A stretch of DNA of 64,000 bases from Candidatus Daviesbacteria bacterium (GTDB lineage Bacteria > Patescibacteriota > Microgenomatia > Daviesbacterales > UBA10151). The DNA is taken from positions 212,550 to 276,549 of the forward strand of contig JAQUSJ010000001.1 of the NCBI GenBank assembly GCA_028715175.1. Reading direction: 5' to 3'. Both the position numbers and the translations under genes were made by a program. A model generated the notes under the pieces. That model did no database searches, had not been told where the DNA came from, and was given only the letters and a program-made list of their open reading frames with translations. Positions 25,644 through 35,708 of the stretch are shown here, in pieces. Position 1 is the first letter of the stretch. Each line of letters begins with the position of its first letter.

Positions 25644-26625
25644 TCCAAAAGCATATTTGAACCCGAAATTATTTGATCCCGGTGTTGAACAGGCGCCGAC
25701 CCGGAATGGTTATGGCGAAGGTTTAGTTTTAGCAGGGGAAGAAGATGAACAGGTAGTGGCGCTTTGCGCAGACTTAACCGAATCTACAAAGGCCAAAGCT
25801 TTTGCCGAAAAATTTCCGCAAAGGTTTATTGAGGTGGGGGTAGCTGAGCAAAATTTAGTGACAGTTGCAGCCGGTATGGCTCTTTTGGGAAAAATTCCTT
25901 TTGCTTCATCTTTTGCTACTTTTTCGCCGGGCAGGAACTGGGAGCAAATCAGAACAACTGTTTGTTATAACGACGTGCCGGTTAAAATTGTCGGTTCTCA
26001 TGTCGGTGTCAGTGTTGGGCCTGACGGAGCAACACATCAAGCTTTGGAAGATATAGCCATGATGCGGAGTTTGCCTAATATGATAGTAATTTCCCCGGCA
26101 GATGCAATTGAAGCTAAAAAAGCCACGCTGGCTATGGCCAAGCTGTCTAAGCCTTGTTATCTCAGGTTGTCCAGAGATAAAACACCTGTTGTAACTACGG
26201 AGCAAACCCCTTTTAAGATAGGGAAGGCAGAAATTTTCTATGAGGGAGATGACGTGGCAGTGATTGCCACCGGGCCGATGGTTTATAGGGCTTTGCTGGC
26301 TGCTAAAGAACTACAGTTGCGCAAAATATCTGTTCGAGTAATAAATTGCCACACTATCAAACCTTTAGATAAGCAGTTAGTGATAAATGCAGCTAAAGAT
26401 TGCGGAGCAATAGTTACAGCAGAAGAACATCAGGTTACAGGCGGTTTGGGAGGTGCGGTTGCGGAAGTCATTTCGCAAAATTTTCCCGTGCCTTTAAAAA
26501 TTATCGGCGTTGAAGACAGATTTGGAGAATCAGGTGAATCAGAGGAACTGTTTACAAAATTCGGCTTAACAAAGGAAGCAATTATGAAAGCTATCACTCA
26601 TATTTTACGAGTGAAAGAAAGGTGA
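25636..26625 (+). CDS. transketolase, C-terminal (pyrimidine-binding) subunit
   Basis: Start taken at the ATG overlapping the upstream stop (ATGA); transketolase pyrimidine and C-terminal domains. Confidence 0.8.
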   Translation: MINPKAYLNPKLFDPGVEQAPTRNGYGEGLVLAGEEDEQVVALCADLTESTKAKAFAEKFPQRFIEVGVAEQNLVTVAAGMALLGKIPFASSFATFSPGRNWEQIRTTVCYNDVPVKIVGSHVGVSVGPDGATHQALEDIAMMRSLPNMIVISPADAIEAKKATLAMAKLSKPCYLRLSRDKTPVVTTEQTPFKIGKAEIFYEGDDVAVIATGPMVYRALLAAKELQLRKISVRVINCHTIKPLDKQLVINAAKDCGAIVTAEEHQVTGGLGGAVAEVISQNFPVPLKIIGVEDRFGESGESEELFTKFGLTKEAIMKAITHILRVKER

Positions 26626-26631
26626 GATGAC

Positions 26632-27060
26632 ATGATTTCATTTAGTTTGTCAAACCGGTTGATTTTTGTTTTCAGCTTACTGGGTTTAAGTGTGGCTTCT
26701 TTTTTGTTTTATAAATACGGTTTAAACGAATCAGTGTTTTGCCCGATTGGCAAAGGGTGTGACATTGTTCGAACTAGTTCCTATTCCCATATTTTAGGTA
26801 TCCCGATTCCTTTTTTGGGGGTTGTCTACTACTTAACAATGGCGCTACTTTCAGTAGTGCACTCCCATCAGCTGCCACATAAGCTAGTGAGGAAATTACA
26901 ATTATTAGCTTCTACCTTTGCAGTAGGTTTTGGGGTGTATCTGACCTTTTTGGAAGTTTTTGTAATCAGAGCTTATTGTTTTTGGTGTTTAATGTCATTT
27001 ATAATATCGGTCGTGATTTTTTTGGCAATAGTTGTATCCCGCTATGAAATACGAAACTAA
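26632..27060 (+). CDS. vitamin K epoxide reductase (VKOR) family membrane protein
   Basis: 4-TM ~140-aa protein with loop Cys pair (CPIGKGC) and TM CxxC (CFWC). Confidence 0.6.
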   Translation: MISFSLSNRLIFVFSLLGLSVASFLFYKYGLNESVFCPIGKGCDIVRTSSYSHILGIPIPFLGVVYYLTMALLSVVHSHQLPHKLVRKLQLLASTFAVGFGVYLTFLEVFVIRAYCFWCLMSFIISVVIFLAIVVSRYEIRN

Positions 27061-27670
27061 AATTTTAGGAGCCATTTTAATTATTACTGTTGTTATCCTT
27101 TTTGGCGGTATTTTCTTGCTCAGCAGAAACCAGGAGAATAATATTTTCCAGATCGATTATTCCAGGGGACAAAAAATTGGCAGTGATAGCGCCAAAGTAA
27201 GGATGGTAGAGTTTTCGGATTTTGAGTGTCTTGCCTGTAGCGCTGTTGAACCATATATTGTAAAGCTTCGGGCTGCGGATCCAAGTAAAATCCAGCTTAT
27301 TTATCGCCATTTTCCGCTTTCTCAGCATGCCCATTCCAGCCAGGCGGCAGCCTTGGCTGAGGCGGCCGGGGAGCAAGGCAAATTTTGGGAAATGCATGAC
27401 AAGCTTTTAGAGACTCAAGCGAAGTGGTCTTCTATGAACGATGCAACAGCTTTTTTTATGGATTTAGTGAAAGAGCTGGGGTTGGATGAAGATAAAATTA
27501 AGCAGACGATGGCAGGAAATGTTATAAAAGCGAAAATTGACAGCGATGTAGCTGAGGGAAACAGTTTGGGAATCAGTCAAACGCCAACCTTTTTTGTAAA
27601 CGGACGGAAACTTGATTTGCAAAAGTTTGAAGATTTAGATACTCTTGTAGAGCAAGAACTAAAGAAGTAA
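27032..27670 (+). CDS. DsbA-family thiol:disulfide oxidoreductase, membrane-anchored
   Basis: N-terminal TM, thioredoxin-fold CxxC (FECLACS). Confidence 0.7.
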   Translation: MYPAMKYETKILGAILIITVVILFGGIFLLSRNQENNIFQIDYSRGQKIGSDSAKVRMVEFSDFECLACSAVEPYIVKLRAADPSKIQLIYRHFPLSQHAHSSQAAALAEAAGEQGKFWEMHDKLLETQAKWSSMNDATAFFMDLVKELGLDEDKIKQTMAGNVIKAKIDSDVAEGNSLGISQTPTFFVNGRKLDLQKFEDLDTLVEQELKK

Positions 27671-27686
27671 GATAAAAATACCAGAA

Positions 27687-28499
27687 ATGAGCGATCTTTC
27701 TCCAATAAACAACATAATTAATCTTTCCGGAAAGGCAGCTGTGGTGACCGGAGGAGCTATGGGTATTGGTTTTGGAATAACTTACAGGCTGGCTGAGGCT
27801 GGGGCAAAAGTGATGATTGCCGATTTTAAGGAAGCAGAATCGCTGATAGCTGTCCGGAAATTAACGGAAAAAGGCTGGACGGCAAAATCTGTTAAAGTGG
27901 ATGTTTCAAATGAAGAAAATGTTAAAAAGATGGTTGCGGAAACCGTCAGTGCTTTTGGGAGTTTGGATATATTAGTTAATAATGCCGGAATTTACCCGAG
28001 TATGACTCTTTCGCAGATGAGTCTGGTTGATTTTGATAAGGTTTTGTCTGTGAACCTGAAAGGAGTTTTTCTATGCACAAAATATGTTTGCGAACAAATG
28101 ATAAAACAAGGAAAGGGAGGAAAGATAATTAACATTACTTCTATTGATGCGCTTCATCCTTCTTCCATAGGGCTAGCTCATTATGATGCTTCCAAACACG
28201 GAGTTTGGGGTTTTACCAAAAACGTGGCCCTGGAGTTGGCCTCCCACAAAATTTGGGTTAATGCTATTGCGCCGGGGGGGATTGCAACGCCGGGAGTACA
28301 GGTAATGCAAGGTAAAGCTCCTGTGCCGGCAGGCGTGGATATGTCTAAAATGCTGGAAGGTTTCCTGGCTAAAATTCCCATGCACAGGATGGGAGAGCCG
28401 GACGATATCGGCAAAGTTGCGCTGTTTTTGGCCTCAGACATGTCTTCCTATATGACCGGCAGCCAGATAGTGGTGGACGGCGGAGTTTTGCTTTCTTAA
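27687..28499 (+). CDS. SDR-family oxidoreductase
   Basis: TGGAMGIG Rossmann motif, NNAG, YDASK catalytic tetrad. Confidence 0.75.
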   Translation: MSDLSPINNIINLSGKAAVVTGGAMGIGFGITYRLAEAGAKVMIADFKEAESLIAVRKLTEKGWTAKSVKVDVSNEENVKKMVAETVSAFGSLDILVNNAGIYPSMTLSQMSLVDFDKVLSVNLKGVFLCTKYVCEQMIKQGKGGKIINITSIDALHPSSIGLAHYDASKHGVWGFTKNVALELASHKIWVNAIAPGGIATPGVQVMQGKAPVPAGVDMSKMLEGFLAKIPMHRMGEPDDIGKVALFLASDMSSYMTGSQIVVDGGVLLS

Positions 28500-28511
28500 A
28501 AATCCCTGGCA

Positions 28512-28557
28512 TTGACATGATTCCCCTATCTAATATATGATATCCCCTATGGGGGGA
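28512..28557 (+). promoter_or_regulatory. csoR promoter (consensus TTGACA at 28512-28517) with putative CsoR operator: duplicated TCCCCTAT boxes and GC inverted repeat ATCCCC-TAT-GGGGGGA
   Basis: Read directly; CsoR-family operators are typically G/C-tract inverted repeats overlapping the promoter. Confidence 0.5.
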
Positions 28558-28585
28558 CTATGATCCTTCGACAGACTCAGGACCT

Positions 28586-28858
28586 ATGACATACAGACCT
28601 AAAGATACGGAGGAACGCATATTGCATAGACTAAAGATTGTCAAAGGGCATCTGCAAAAGATTATCCAGATGGTTGAAGACGATCATTATTGTATTGATG
28701 TAATTCACCAATCCCAGGCTGTTCAGAGAGCTTTGGAAGAAACAGATGGCGTGCTTTTGGAAAATCACCTTAAGACTTGTGTTGTTGATCACATTAAAAA
28801 AGGCGAAGTAGAATCTTCCATAAAAGAAATTATGAATGTTTTTAAGAAAAGGAAATAA
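28586..28858 (+). CDS. csoR: CsoR/RcnR-family metal-sensing transcriptional repressor (copper-type C-H-C ligand set)
   Basis: HYCIDVIHQ...C signature of the DUF156 four-helix bundle repressors. Confidence 0.75.
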   Translation: MTYRPKDTEERILHRLKIVKGHLQKIIQMVEDDHYCIDVIHQSQAVQRALEETDGVLLENHLKTCVVDHIKKGEVESSIKEIMNVFKKRK

Positions 28859-28860
28859 TT

Positions 28861-29361
28861 ATGGTTGACAAAAAGATAATTATCGGTTTAATAGTTTTCA
28901 CCCTTCTTCTATTGGGTGGAGGGATCTATGTTTTAAGTATTTCCTCTGCTCCTGTTAAGATTACATCTTCGCAGAATGCCAAGGCAGCGGTTGATCAAAA
29001 AACTTTTGATTGGGGTAATATTCCGATCAATGGAGGCAATGTCACCAAGACTTTTACTATCAAAAATACAGGTACAGATGTATTGAAATTGATCGGAGTA
29101 AAAACTTCCTGTACTTGTACCAAAGCCCAAGTAGTAATAGATGGTAAAACCAGTCCTTATTTTAGTATGCACGCCACTTCTTCTTGGGTTGGTGAAGTAG
29201 CACCGGGTAAAGAAGCCCAACTGACAGTTATTTTTGATCCTGCTTTTCATGGTCCTACAGGAGTTGGACCTACGGAAAGATTAATATCCGTAGAGACAAA
29301 TGATATCCAAAATCCAAAATTAGAGTTTTCTTTGAAAGGGGTAGTGGTAAAGGATAAATGA
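28861..29361 (+). CDS. DUF1573-like Ig-fold protein with N-terminal TM and CTC motif
   Basis: WGNI...G..V..TF.IKNTG...L.I..V..SCTC pattern typical of DUF1573; domain assignment from memory of the family, not a search. Confidence 0.5.
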   Translation: MVDKKIIIGLIVFTLLLLGGGIYVLSISSAPVKITSSQNAKAAVDQKTFDWGNIPINGGNVTKTFTIKNTGTDVLKLIGVKTSCTCTKAQVVIDGKTSPYFSMHATSSWVGEVAPGKEAQLTVIFDPAFHGPTGVGPTERLISVETNDIQNPKLEFSLKGVVVKDK

Positions 29362-30287
29362 AAAACTTTAAAAAAATTCTGATGAAAGCCGTACCTTTGT
29401 GGATGGTATTTATAATTGTTTTAAATTCCACTTTAGCTATGGGGTTACTGCAGTATTATTTGATGAAACAGGAACTAAATAGGAATATTGCTGCTCTTGC
29501 AAAAACCACTAAAAATCCGGAAGAATTAATTCAAATTCTAAAACAACAAGTTCTACCGCAAGATGGTTACAAAACTTCCTTAAAGTGGAAAGATTTGGGG
29601 AGAAAACTGGTTGAGGCAGGAGCTATCGACAAGGCCAAATTTGAAGCGAGTTTAGGTGCAGATGCCGATGGTAAGGCTGACATGAAATATATGGATGGTA
29701 GCTCAGAAGATAATGTCGTAATTAGCGAAAAGAATTCCCATTTTGTGGTTAATTTCTTTTGGGCGCTGGGTTTAGTAAATAAAAGCAAAGTTTTAGATGA
29801 AGGGCCAATGAAGGTGGGGGGTACTCCAACCGGAAATTTTGCCTCAACCGGAGGCTGGACACTGGGAGCAAAAGAACCGATGGAAATTTATTCCTCCGAG
29901 GAAATATTATCCCTTAATTCTTTCCAGAAAGATTTGGTGAAGAAAATAGCGGATAATGTGTTCCGGATTTGTTGTGGTAATGCCACCAGTTTTCCTGACT
30001 GCAATCATGGTATGGCGGCCTTAGGTTATATTGAATGGGCTGTTTATAATGGCCTTCCGGAAGATCAGATATACAAAGATCTTCTTGCCTTTAACTCATT
30101 TTGGTTTCCGCAAAATTATGTAGAAATGGCGGCATATTTTGACAAACAAGGTATTAAATGGAAAGATGTCGATCCTAAACTGGCGCTAAGTAAAGATTAT
30201 TCTTCAAATCAGGGTGCAGCCCGCATCAAGCAATCTATCCAAGGTGTGCCCGGACTGCAAATTCAAGGTGGAGGTTGCGGGGCATAG
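29358..30287 (+). CDS. hypothetical membrane-anchored extracytoplasmic protein with Cys/His cluster (CCGN...PDCNHG) and C-terminal GGGCGA
   Basis: 309-aa ORF, one N-terminal TM, translationally coupled to neighbours. Confidence 0.5.
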   Translation: MKNFKKILMKAVPLWMVFIIVLNSTLAMGLLQYYLMKQELNRNIAALAKTTKNPEELIQILKQQVLPQDGYKTSLKWKDLGRKLVEAGAIDKAKFEASLGADADGKADMKYMDGSSEDNVVISEKNSHFVVNFFWALGLVNKSKVLDEGPMKVGGTPTGNFASTGGWTLGAKEPMEIYSSEEILSLNSFQKDLVKKIADNVFRICCGNATSFPDCNHGMAALGYIEWAVYNGLPEDQIYKDLLAFNSFWFPQNYVEMAAYFDKQGIKWKDVDPKLALSKDYSSNQGAARIKQSIQGVPGLQIQGGGCGA

Positions 30288-31124
30288 ATGGAAAATGTAT
30301 TGTTTCAGACTTCCCTTATTGCCGCGTTTGTGGCAGGAATGGTAGCTTTGTTTGCCCCTTGTTGCATCACCTTTTTACTCCCTGCATATTTAGGTAGTGT
30401 GTTTAAGGAAAAAGAGAAAGTGGTGCTGATGACTCTTGTGTTTGGGGCAGGGATCTTTGTGGTACTTTTACCTGCGGTTTTGGGAGTGGCTTTTATTTCT
30501 CACTTGTTATTCCGATATCATGACGTTATTTATATTTTAGGAGGGGTTATCATGTTAACGGTAGCAGCAACTACCTTTTTGGGTATTAAATTACCCATGC
30601 CTGGTTTAAATAGGTTTAATGTCGGGGGAAGAACTGATGTGGTTTCAATTTTTACATTAGGGATTATTTCCGGTATTACCAGCGCTTGTTGCGCCCCGGT
30701 TTTGATCGGTATTATGACTTTGACTCTTTTTTCACCAAGCTTTTTCGGAGCCTTTCTGATAGGTGGGATGTATGTACTGGGGATGATAATCCCATTGCTT
30801 TTGATTGCGGTTTTCCTTTCAGATAAGATGCCGAAATTTATTCTTCTGAAAAAACCAATTTGGATATTAGATATTTTGGGCAAATCTTATGCGGTGATTA
30901 TAAGTAATGCAGTAGCAGCGATTGTATTTTTAATCACCGGACTATTGGCTTTGGGGTTAACGATGACAGGGAGGTTGTCTGCGGAAAATATGGATGTATT
31001 TACCAAGAATATTACAAATGTCTTAAGTAATGTGAATAATGTGATAGGAGGCAACATATTACTGAATGTTCTTTTTGTAATTGCTTTAATAGGGTTTGTT
31101 TATTGGGTATCAAAAAAGGTTTAA
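30288..31124 (+). CDS. CcdA/DsbD-like transmembrane thiol-disulfide electron transporter (DsbD_2 family)
   Basis: Conserved Cys in TM1 (FAPCCITFLLP) and TM4 (TSACCAPVLIG), 6-8 TM topology. Confidence 0.55.
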   Translation: MENVLFQTSLIAAFVAGMVALFAPCCITFLLPAYLGSVFKEKEKVVLMTLVFGAGIFVVLLPAVLGVAFISHLLFRYHDVIYILGGVIMLTVAATTFLGIKLPMPGLNRFNVGGRTDVVSIFTLGIISGITSACCAPVLIGIMTLTLFSPSFFGAFLIGGMYVLGMIIPLLLIAVFLSDKMPKFILLKKPIWILDILGKSYAVIISNAVAAIVFLITGLLALGLTMTGRLSAENMDVFTKNITNVLSNVNNVIGGNILLNVLFVIALIGFVYWVSKKV

Positions 31125-31359
31125 AACATATTAATAGGAGATGATATTAAATGACAGGTTATGGCATAGGTATTTTGGGAATAATTTTTTGGATAGTTTA
31201 TTTTATTTGACCTGTCTGTAAGCCGAATTATTATGCCTCAAGAGGTTACAGCGGATGGAGTACGGATGAACGCAAAGAAAATGGATTACGAAAAGCAAAG
31301 CATATCGGCTTTTAGGACGCTTACAGACGGAAATTTGGGGTGCGAAGAGGGGAGTCTAA

Positions 31360-31677
31360 GTGGCAGTTGCAGTTGAAGTATTGGGGATAAGTTTTAAGGC
31401 TGGATCGACAAATAGATGTATGGGATGTCCATTTGCCGGTCTTTGTACACCTTGCCGACCACAAGGCACTAAAACAGATTCGATAATTAAAAGACCTAGT
31501 TTTGAAGGAGAGGCTAAGGAACTAACAGTTGATATGATTGCACCTTTAGGCAGTATCCCTTTTAGGTTAGAAGGAAGTGGAGGGCATCCAATAAGAAGTG
31601 AAAAAACTTGCTCTAAATGCGGTAAAGAAGTTTCCACCTGCTTACACTCGAAGGAGAATTTAGTAGGTGATGAATGA
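31360..31677 (+). CDS. hypothetical Cys-rich protein (CMGCPFAGLCTPC ... CSKCGKEVSTC)
   Basis: GTG start with GGGGAG Shine-Dalgarno; same strand as the operon; a fully overlapping antisense ORF was rejected. Confidence 0.4.
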   Translation: MAVAVEVLGISFKAGSTNRCMGCPFAGLCTPCRPQGTKTDSIIKRPSFEGEAKELTVDMIAPLGSIPFRLEGSGGHPIRSEKTCSKCGKEVSTCLHSKENLVGDE

Positions 31678-31777
31678 GGAATTTTTTGGAACTTATTGCG
31701 GAGGGGGTTGTGAAAATTGTCCGTATATCGACGAGGAAGGCAATCGTCGAAAAATAAATAACTACTTAAAAAGATAA
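31670..31777 (+). CDS. small Cys-containing peptide MNEEFFGTYCGGGCENCPYIDEEGNRRKINNYLKR (35 aa)
   Basis: Hand-translated ATG...TAA ORF overlapping the upstream stop (ATGA-type coupling); below the ORF-track cutoff. Confidence 0.3.
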   Translation: MNEEFFGTYCGGGCENCPYIDEEGNRRKINNYLKR

Positions 31778-31798
31778 TTTTAAAAAGGGGGTGAGAAA

Positions 31799-32062
31799 AT
31801 GTTAAACGCAAAAGCTTTTGCCAATGCAGCTACAGCTGTAATGGCTGTGTATTATATAGTTTGTGCTTTGTTGTCATATTCTATGCCTGATTTAATTTTT
31901 GGTATTGCAAAGTCATGGATGCATTCAATAAGTATTGAATCACTTAAGGCGGCATCCGTGCCGGATATTGGATCGCTATTTTTGGGATTTGTGACTCTGG
32001 CAGGATTAACTTGGCTGACAACATATGGCACAATTTGGTTGTACAACCGTTGGGCAAGGTAA
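31799..32062 (+). CDS. hypothetical small membrane protein (3 TM)
   Basis: 87-aa hydrophobic ORF with GGGGGTGAG Shine-Dalgarno. Confidence 0.45.
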   Translation: MLNAKAFANAATAVMAVYYIVCALLSYSMPDLIFGIAKSWMHSISIESLKAASVPDIGSLFLGFVTLAGLTWLTTYGTIWLYNRWAR

Positions 32063-32170
32063 TGGGTTTTGATAGGATATTTAAATGGAATTTATTTTAA
32101 CTTTACTACTAGTATTAGCGTGTCCTTTAATGATGTTATTTATGCACAGGGGAGGTGGACACAAACACAG

Positions 32171-32530
32171 ATGAGTACAGATAAGATTATAGTCACAGTA
32201 GCTGGACTTGCAGGGATAATTTTTATCTATTGGTTTTTCCTGATGAAGAAGGAGAAAGAGGTTAGTGTTGCCGGAGAAGTAGATATCACCGTTTCTGGCG
32301 GATATTCGCCGGAAGTTATTTCTATTCCTTTAGGGAAACCTACAAAAATAAATTTTATCAGAACTGACCCGACTGAGTGTTTATCCGAAGTGGTATTGCC
32401 GGATTTTAAAATTAAAAAACAACTGCCATTAAATCAAAAAGTAACTGTAGAAATAACTCCGAAAGAAAAAGGAGAGTTTGGTTATGCTTGTGGTATGAAC
32501 ATGTATCACGGAAAGATAATAGTCAAATGA
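32171..32530 (+). CDS. cupredoxin-like domain protein, membrane-anchored (C-x-M-x-M-x-H-G motif: [14 protein letters not shown])
   Basis: Start set at the ATG with GGGAGGTGGA Shine-Dalgarno; N-terminal TM; same domain as the C-terminus of the ORF at 34728. Confidence 0.55.
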   Translation: MSTDKIIVTVAGLAGIIFIYWFFLMKKEKEVSVAGEVDITVSGGYSPEVISIPLGKPTKINFIRTDPTECLSEVVLPDFKIKKQLPLNQKVTVEITPKEKGEFGYACGMNMYHGKIIVK

Positions 32531-34728
32531 CAGAAGTTAAAAAAACTTTTCCGATCAAAGGAATGCATTGCGCTTCTTGTGTGCGGGTAATTGAGAAATC
32601 GCTGTCAGAGCTACAGGGAGTTTCCAGTGCAGCAGTCAATCTGGTAACAGAAAAAGCGAGTATCGTTTATGATCCGAGTCGAGCGAGCGACCAGGATTTG
32701 GCATCGGCTGTTGCAAACGTAGGATATAAAGCGGTTTTAGAGCAGAAGCTTATGAACAAAGATGAACAAAAACAGGAAAAGCAAAAAGAGCTTAAAAGTC
32801 TAAGGAACAAGGTGATGTTCTCTTTGATTTTAGGTACCTTTATTGTCTGGGGATCTTTTCCGGGACTGATGGAATTTGCGCCCGTGTTTTTACGAAATAA
32901 TTTGGTACAGTTTCTTTTGGCTATCCCTGTACAATTTTGGGCAGGACTGACATTTTATAGGGCGGCAATTCCGGCTATAAAGCATCGTACAGCCAATATG
33001 GATACTTTAGTTGCACTGGGTACCTCTGTTGCTTTTTCCTACTCCGCATTTGTGACAGCGTTCCCTCAAGTTATGCAAAGTATCGGGATCGAACCGGCAA
33101 CTTATTTTGATGTTTCAACGATTATTATTGGCTTGATACTCCTAGGACGCTACTTTGAAGCCAAAGCCAAGGCAGGCACGTCTGAAGCGATAAAGCGGTT
33201 GATCGGATTGCAGGCAAAAACGGCCAGGGTAGTAAAGAACGGTCAGGAAGTTGATATCCCAATTTCACAAGTTTCAGTTGGTATGGTTATCAGGGTTAGG
33301 CCGGGAGAAAAGATTCCGGTTGACGGGAAAATTCTGGAAGGAGGGAGTTCTATTGACGAGTCAATGGTAACAGGTGAAAGTATGCCTGTTGACAGAACAA
33401 AAGGAGACAGCGTGGTAGGGGCAACAATCAATAAAACCGGTACGTTTACTTTTAAAGCCACTAAAATCGGCAAAGATACACTGTTGTCGCAAATTATCAA
33501 ACTGGTGGAAGAAGCCCAAAGCTCTAAAGCTCCAATACAGCGGTTGTCAGATTTAATTTCCTCGTATTTTGTGCCGGCGGTAATAATGCTGGCAATTTTA
33601 ACTTTTGTAATCTGGTATATCTTCGGGCCTGTCCCGAGTTTTCTTTTTGCCATGTTAAATATGGTGGCGGTTTTGATTATTGCCTGTCCTTGCGCCATGG
33701 GGCTGGCTACTCCTACAGCTATAATGGTGGGGACAGGATTGGGGGCGAGTAAAGGAATCCTAATTAAAGACGCATCCAGTTTAGAAACTGCCCATAAAAT
33801 TGATACGGTAATTTTTGACAAAACCGGAACCCTTACTTACGGGAAACCGACTGTAACGGATATCGTGGGTGATGTTTTACAGCTGGCTGCATCTTTAGAA
33901 AAAGGATCAGAACATTCTCTAGCAGAGGCAATCGTCAGAAAAGGGGAAGAAAAAAAGGTCAGGTTTTTGAAAGTAACCGGGTTTAAGGCGATCCCCGGGT
34001 ATGGGGTGAAAGGCAAAGTGGAGGGGAAACTGGTGGTTTTTGGCAACAGGAGGTTAATGGAAAAAGAGAATATTACGTTTGCAAGGCTAGACCTTGCAAA
34101 GCTGGAGGAGGAGGGAAAGACTGTAATGATGTTGGGAGTAAACTCTAAATTTAGAGGTTTAATTGCGGTGGCAGATACTTTAAAAGATACTGCAAAAGAC
34201 GCTGTCGGGAAATTGCGAAAACTGGGCATAGAAGTGATTATGATCACAGGAGACAACCAAAGAACGGCACATGCTATTGCATCTAAAGCGGGTATAAAAA
34301 CTGTGTTGGCAGAAGTGTTGCCTGATGAAAAAGAAAAAGAAGTCAAAAGACTGCAAGCTGAAGGGAAAAAAGTGGCTTTTGTGGGAGATGGGATCAATGA
34401 CGCCCCGGCCTTGGCACAAGCGGATGTGGGAATTGCTATGGGAGCTGGGACTGATGTGGCTATAGAATCAAGCAATATTACTCTGGTTAATAAGGATTTG
34501 CGTTCAATAGCCACAGCCATCAATTTATCAAAAAAGACTATGAGGACTATCAAGCTTAATCTTTTTTGGGCTTTTGGTTATAATGTAATTTTAATCCCGG
34601 TAGCCATGGGAGTTTTGTATCCTTTTTTCCATATCTTATTGAATCCGATTTTTGCTTCGGCAGCGATGGCTTTAAGTTCAATATCGGTTGTGAGTAATTC
34701 GCTATTTTTGAAAAAGGCGAAAATCTGA
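32527..34728 (+). CDS. copA: copper-translocating P1B-type ATPase
   Basis: N-terminal HMA (GMHCASC), CPC in TM6, [17 protein letters not shown]; start at MTEVKK (ATGA overlap with the upstream gene). Confidence 0.9.
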   Translation: MTEVKKTFPIKGMHCASCVRVIEKSLSELQGVSSAAVNLVTEKASIVYDPSRASDQDLASAVANVGYKAVLEQKLMNKDEQKQEKQKELKSLRNKVMFSLILGTFIVWGSFPGLMEFAPVFLRNNLVQFLLAIPVQFWAGLTFYRAAIPAIKHRTANMDTLVALGTSVAFSYSAFVTAFPQVMQSIGIEPATYFDVSTIIIGLILLGRYFEAKAKAGTSEAIKRLIGLQAKTARVVKNGQEVDIPISQVSVGMVIRVRPGEKIPVDGKILEGGSSIDESMVTGESMPVDRTKGDSVVGATINKTGTFTFKATKIGKDTLLSQIIKLVEEAQSSKAPIQRLSDLISSYFVPAVIMLAILTFVIWYIFGPVPSFLFAMLNMVAVLIIACPCAMGLATPTAIMVGTGLGASKGILIKDASSLETAHKIDTVIFDKTGTLTYGKPTVTDIVGDVLQLAASLEKGSEHSLAEAIVRKGEEKKVRFLKVTGFKAIPGYGVKGKVEGKLVVFGNRRLMEKENITFARLDLAKLEEEGKTVMMLGVNSKFRGLIAVADTLKDTAKDAVGKLRKLGIEVIMITGDNQRTAHAIASKAGIKTVLAEVLPDEKEKEVKRLQAEGKKVAFVGDGINDAPALAQADVGIAMGAGTDVAIESSNITLVNKDLRSIATAINLSKKTMRTIKLNLFWAFGYNVILIPVAMGVLYPFFHILLNPIFASAAMALSSISVVSNSLFLKKAKI

Positions 34729-35708
34729 TGGATTTAATAACGATATTTTTTATTGGTTTAACAGCCGGAGGGTTAGGGTGTGTGGCAGTCCAGGGAGGGC
34801 TTTTAGCCTCGGCTGTTACTGCCAGAAAAGAACTGGACCAAAAAGATAAAAATGATATTATCCCGACTTTATCGTTTCTTTCGGCAAAACTTGTAAGTCA
34901 CGCTATTTTAGGGGGAGCTTTGGGGCTTTTTGGGGCTGCTTTGTCTATCTCCAATAATGTTAGGACTACTGTGCAAATTATTGCCGGCATTTATATGATT
35001 ATAGTTGCCTTAGATTTATTGAATGTTCACCCAATTTTCCGCTATTTTATTATCCAGCCTCCAAGGTTTTTAACCAAAATGGTGAGAAATAGATCAAGAA
35101 GCGCTGATATTTTTGCACCGGCCATTTTAGGGACAATGACAATTTTTATCCCATGCGGGACGACTTTGGCAATGGAGGCTTTAGCTATTTCTTCAGGATC
35201 TGCTGTAAAAGGCTCATTGATTTTAATTGCTTTTGTATTGGGTATCTCCCCGATCTTTTTTGGTTTAGGTTATATTACTGCCAAATTAAGCGATAATTTC
35301 AGGCAGACTTTTTTTAAAATCGCCGCTTTTATCATTATTTTTGTAGGACTTGCCACGATCAATAATACTTTGGGGGCGGCAGGATTTCCAATAATAACCA
35401 TTGATTTAGGCGGTAGAGAGCTCCAAACGAGGAATATTGCAGCCAGCCAGGAATACCAGATCCAAATTTCAGGCAGTGGTTATAGCCCGAATTATTTAAA
35501 AGTTAAAAAAGGATTGCCTGTTAAAATTACTCTTATTTCAAACAATACTTATGGTTGTGCTTTGGCTTTTAGGATTCCTTCTTTGGGGATTTCCAAAAAT
35601 TTAAAACCAACAGATTCCCAAACTTTTGAATTTACACCAACTGAAATTGGGCAAATAACGTTTAGCTGTTCAATGGGCATGTACCGCGGAATTATTGAGG
35701 TGATTTAG
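34728..35708 (+). CDS. membrane permease-like domain (~200 aa, TauE/SafE-like, weak) fused to C-terminal cupredoxin-like domain (FSCSMGMYRGIIEV)
   Basis: 6-7 predicted TMs followed by a domain paralogous to 32171..32530. Confidence 0.5.
   Translation: MDLITIFFIGLTAGGLGCVAVQGGLLASAVTARKELDQKDKNDIIPTLSFLSAKLVSHAILGGALGLFGAALSISNNVRTTVQIIAGIYMIIVALDLLNVHPIFRYFIIQPPRFLTKMVRNRSRSADIFAPAILGTMTIFIPCGTTLAMEALAISSGSAVKGSLILIAFVLGISPIFFGLGYITAKLSDNFRQTFFKIAAFIIIFVGLATINNTLGAAGFPIITIDLGGRELQTRNIAASQEYQIQISGSGYSPNYLKVKKGLPVKITLISNNTYGCALAFRIPSLGISKNLKPTDSQTFEFTPTEIGQITFSCSMGMYRGIIEVI

Noticed and set aside
31140-31359. 19-aa hydrophobic mini-ORF (MTGYGIGILGIIFWIVYFI) with AGGAGA RBS and a 49-aa ORF overlapping the 31360 start
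   Set aside because: Too short or overlapping to call from sequence alone. Noted only as possible additional small peptides in the copper locus.
31356-31811. 151-aa minus-strand ORF completely overlapping the Cys-rich 105-aa plus-strand ORF
   Set aside because: Lies antisense to a co-directional operon, has no Shine-Dalgarno and a non-protein-like composition. The plus-strand ORF has a GGGGAG RBS and coupling to downstream ORFs.
33243-34553. Long antisense ORFs inside copA (33243..33821, 33837..34553, 34180..34419)
   Set aside because: Antisense to a well-supported P-type ATPase gene; low-complexity translations typical of shadow ORFs.
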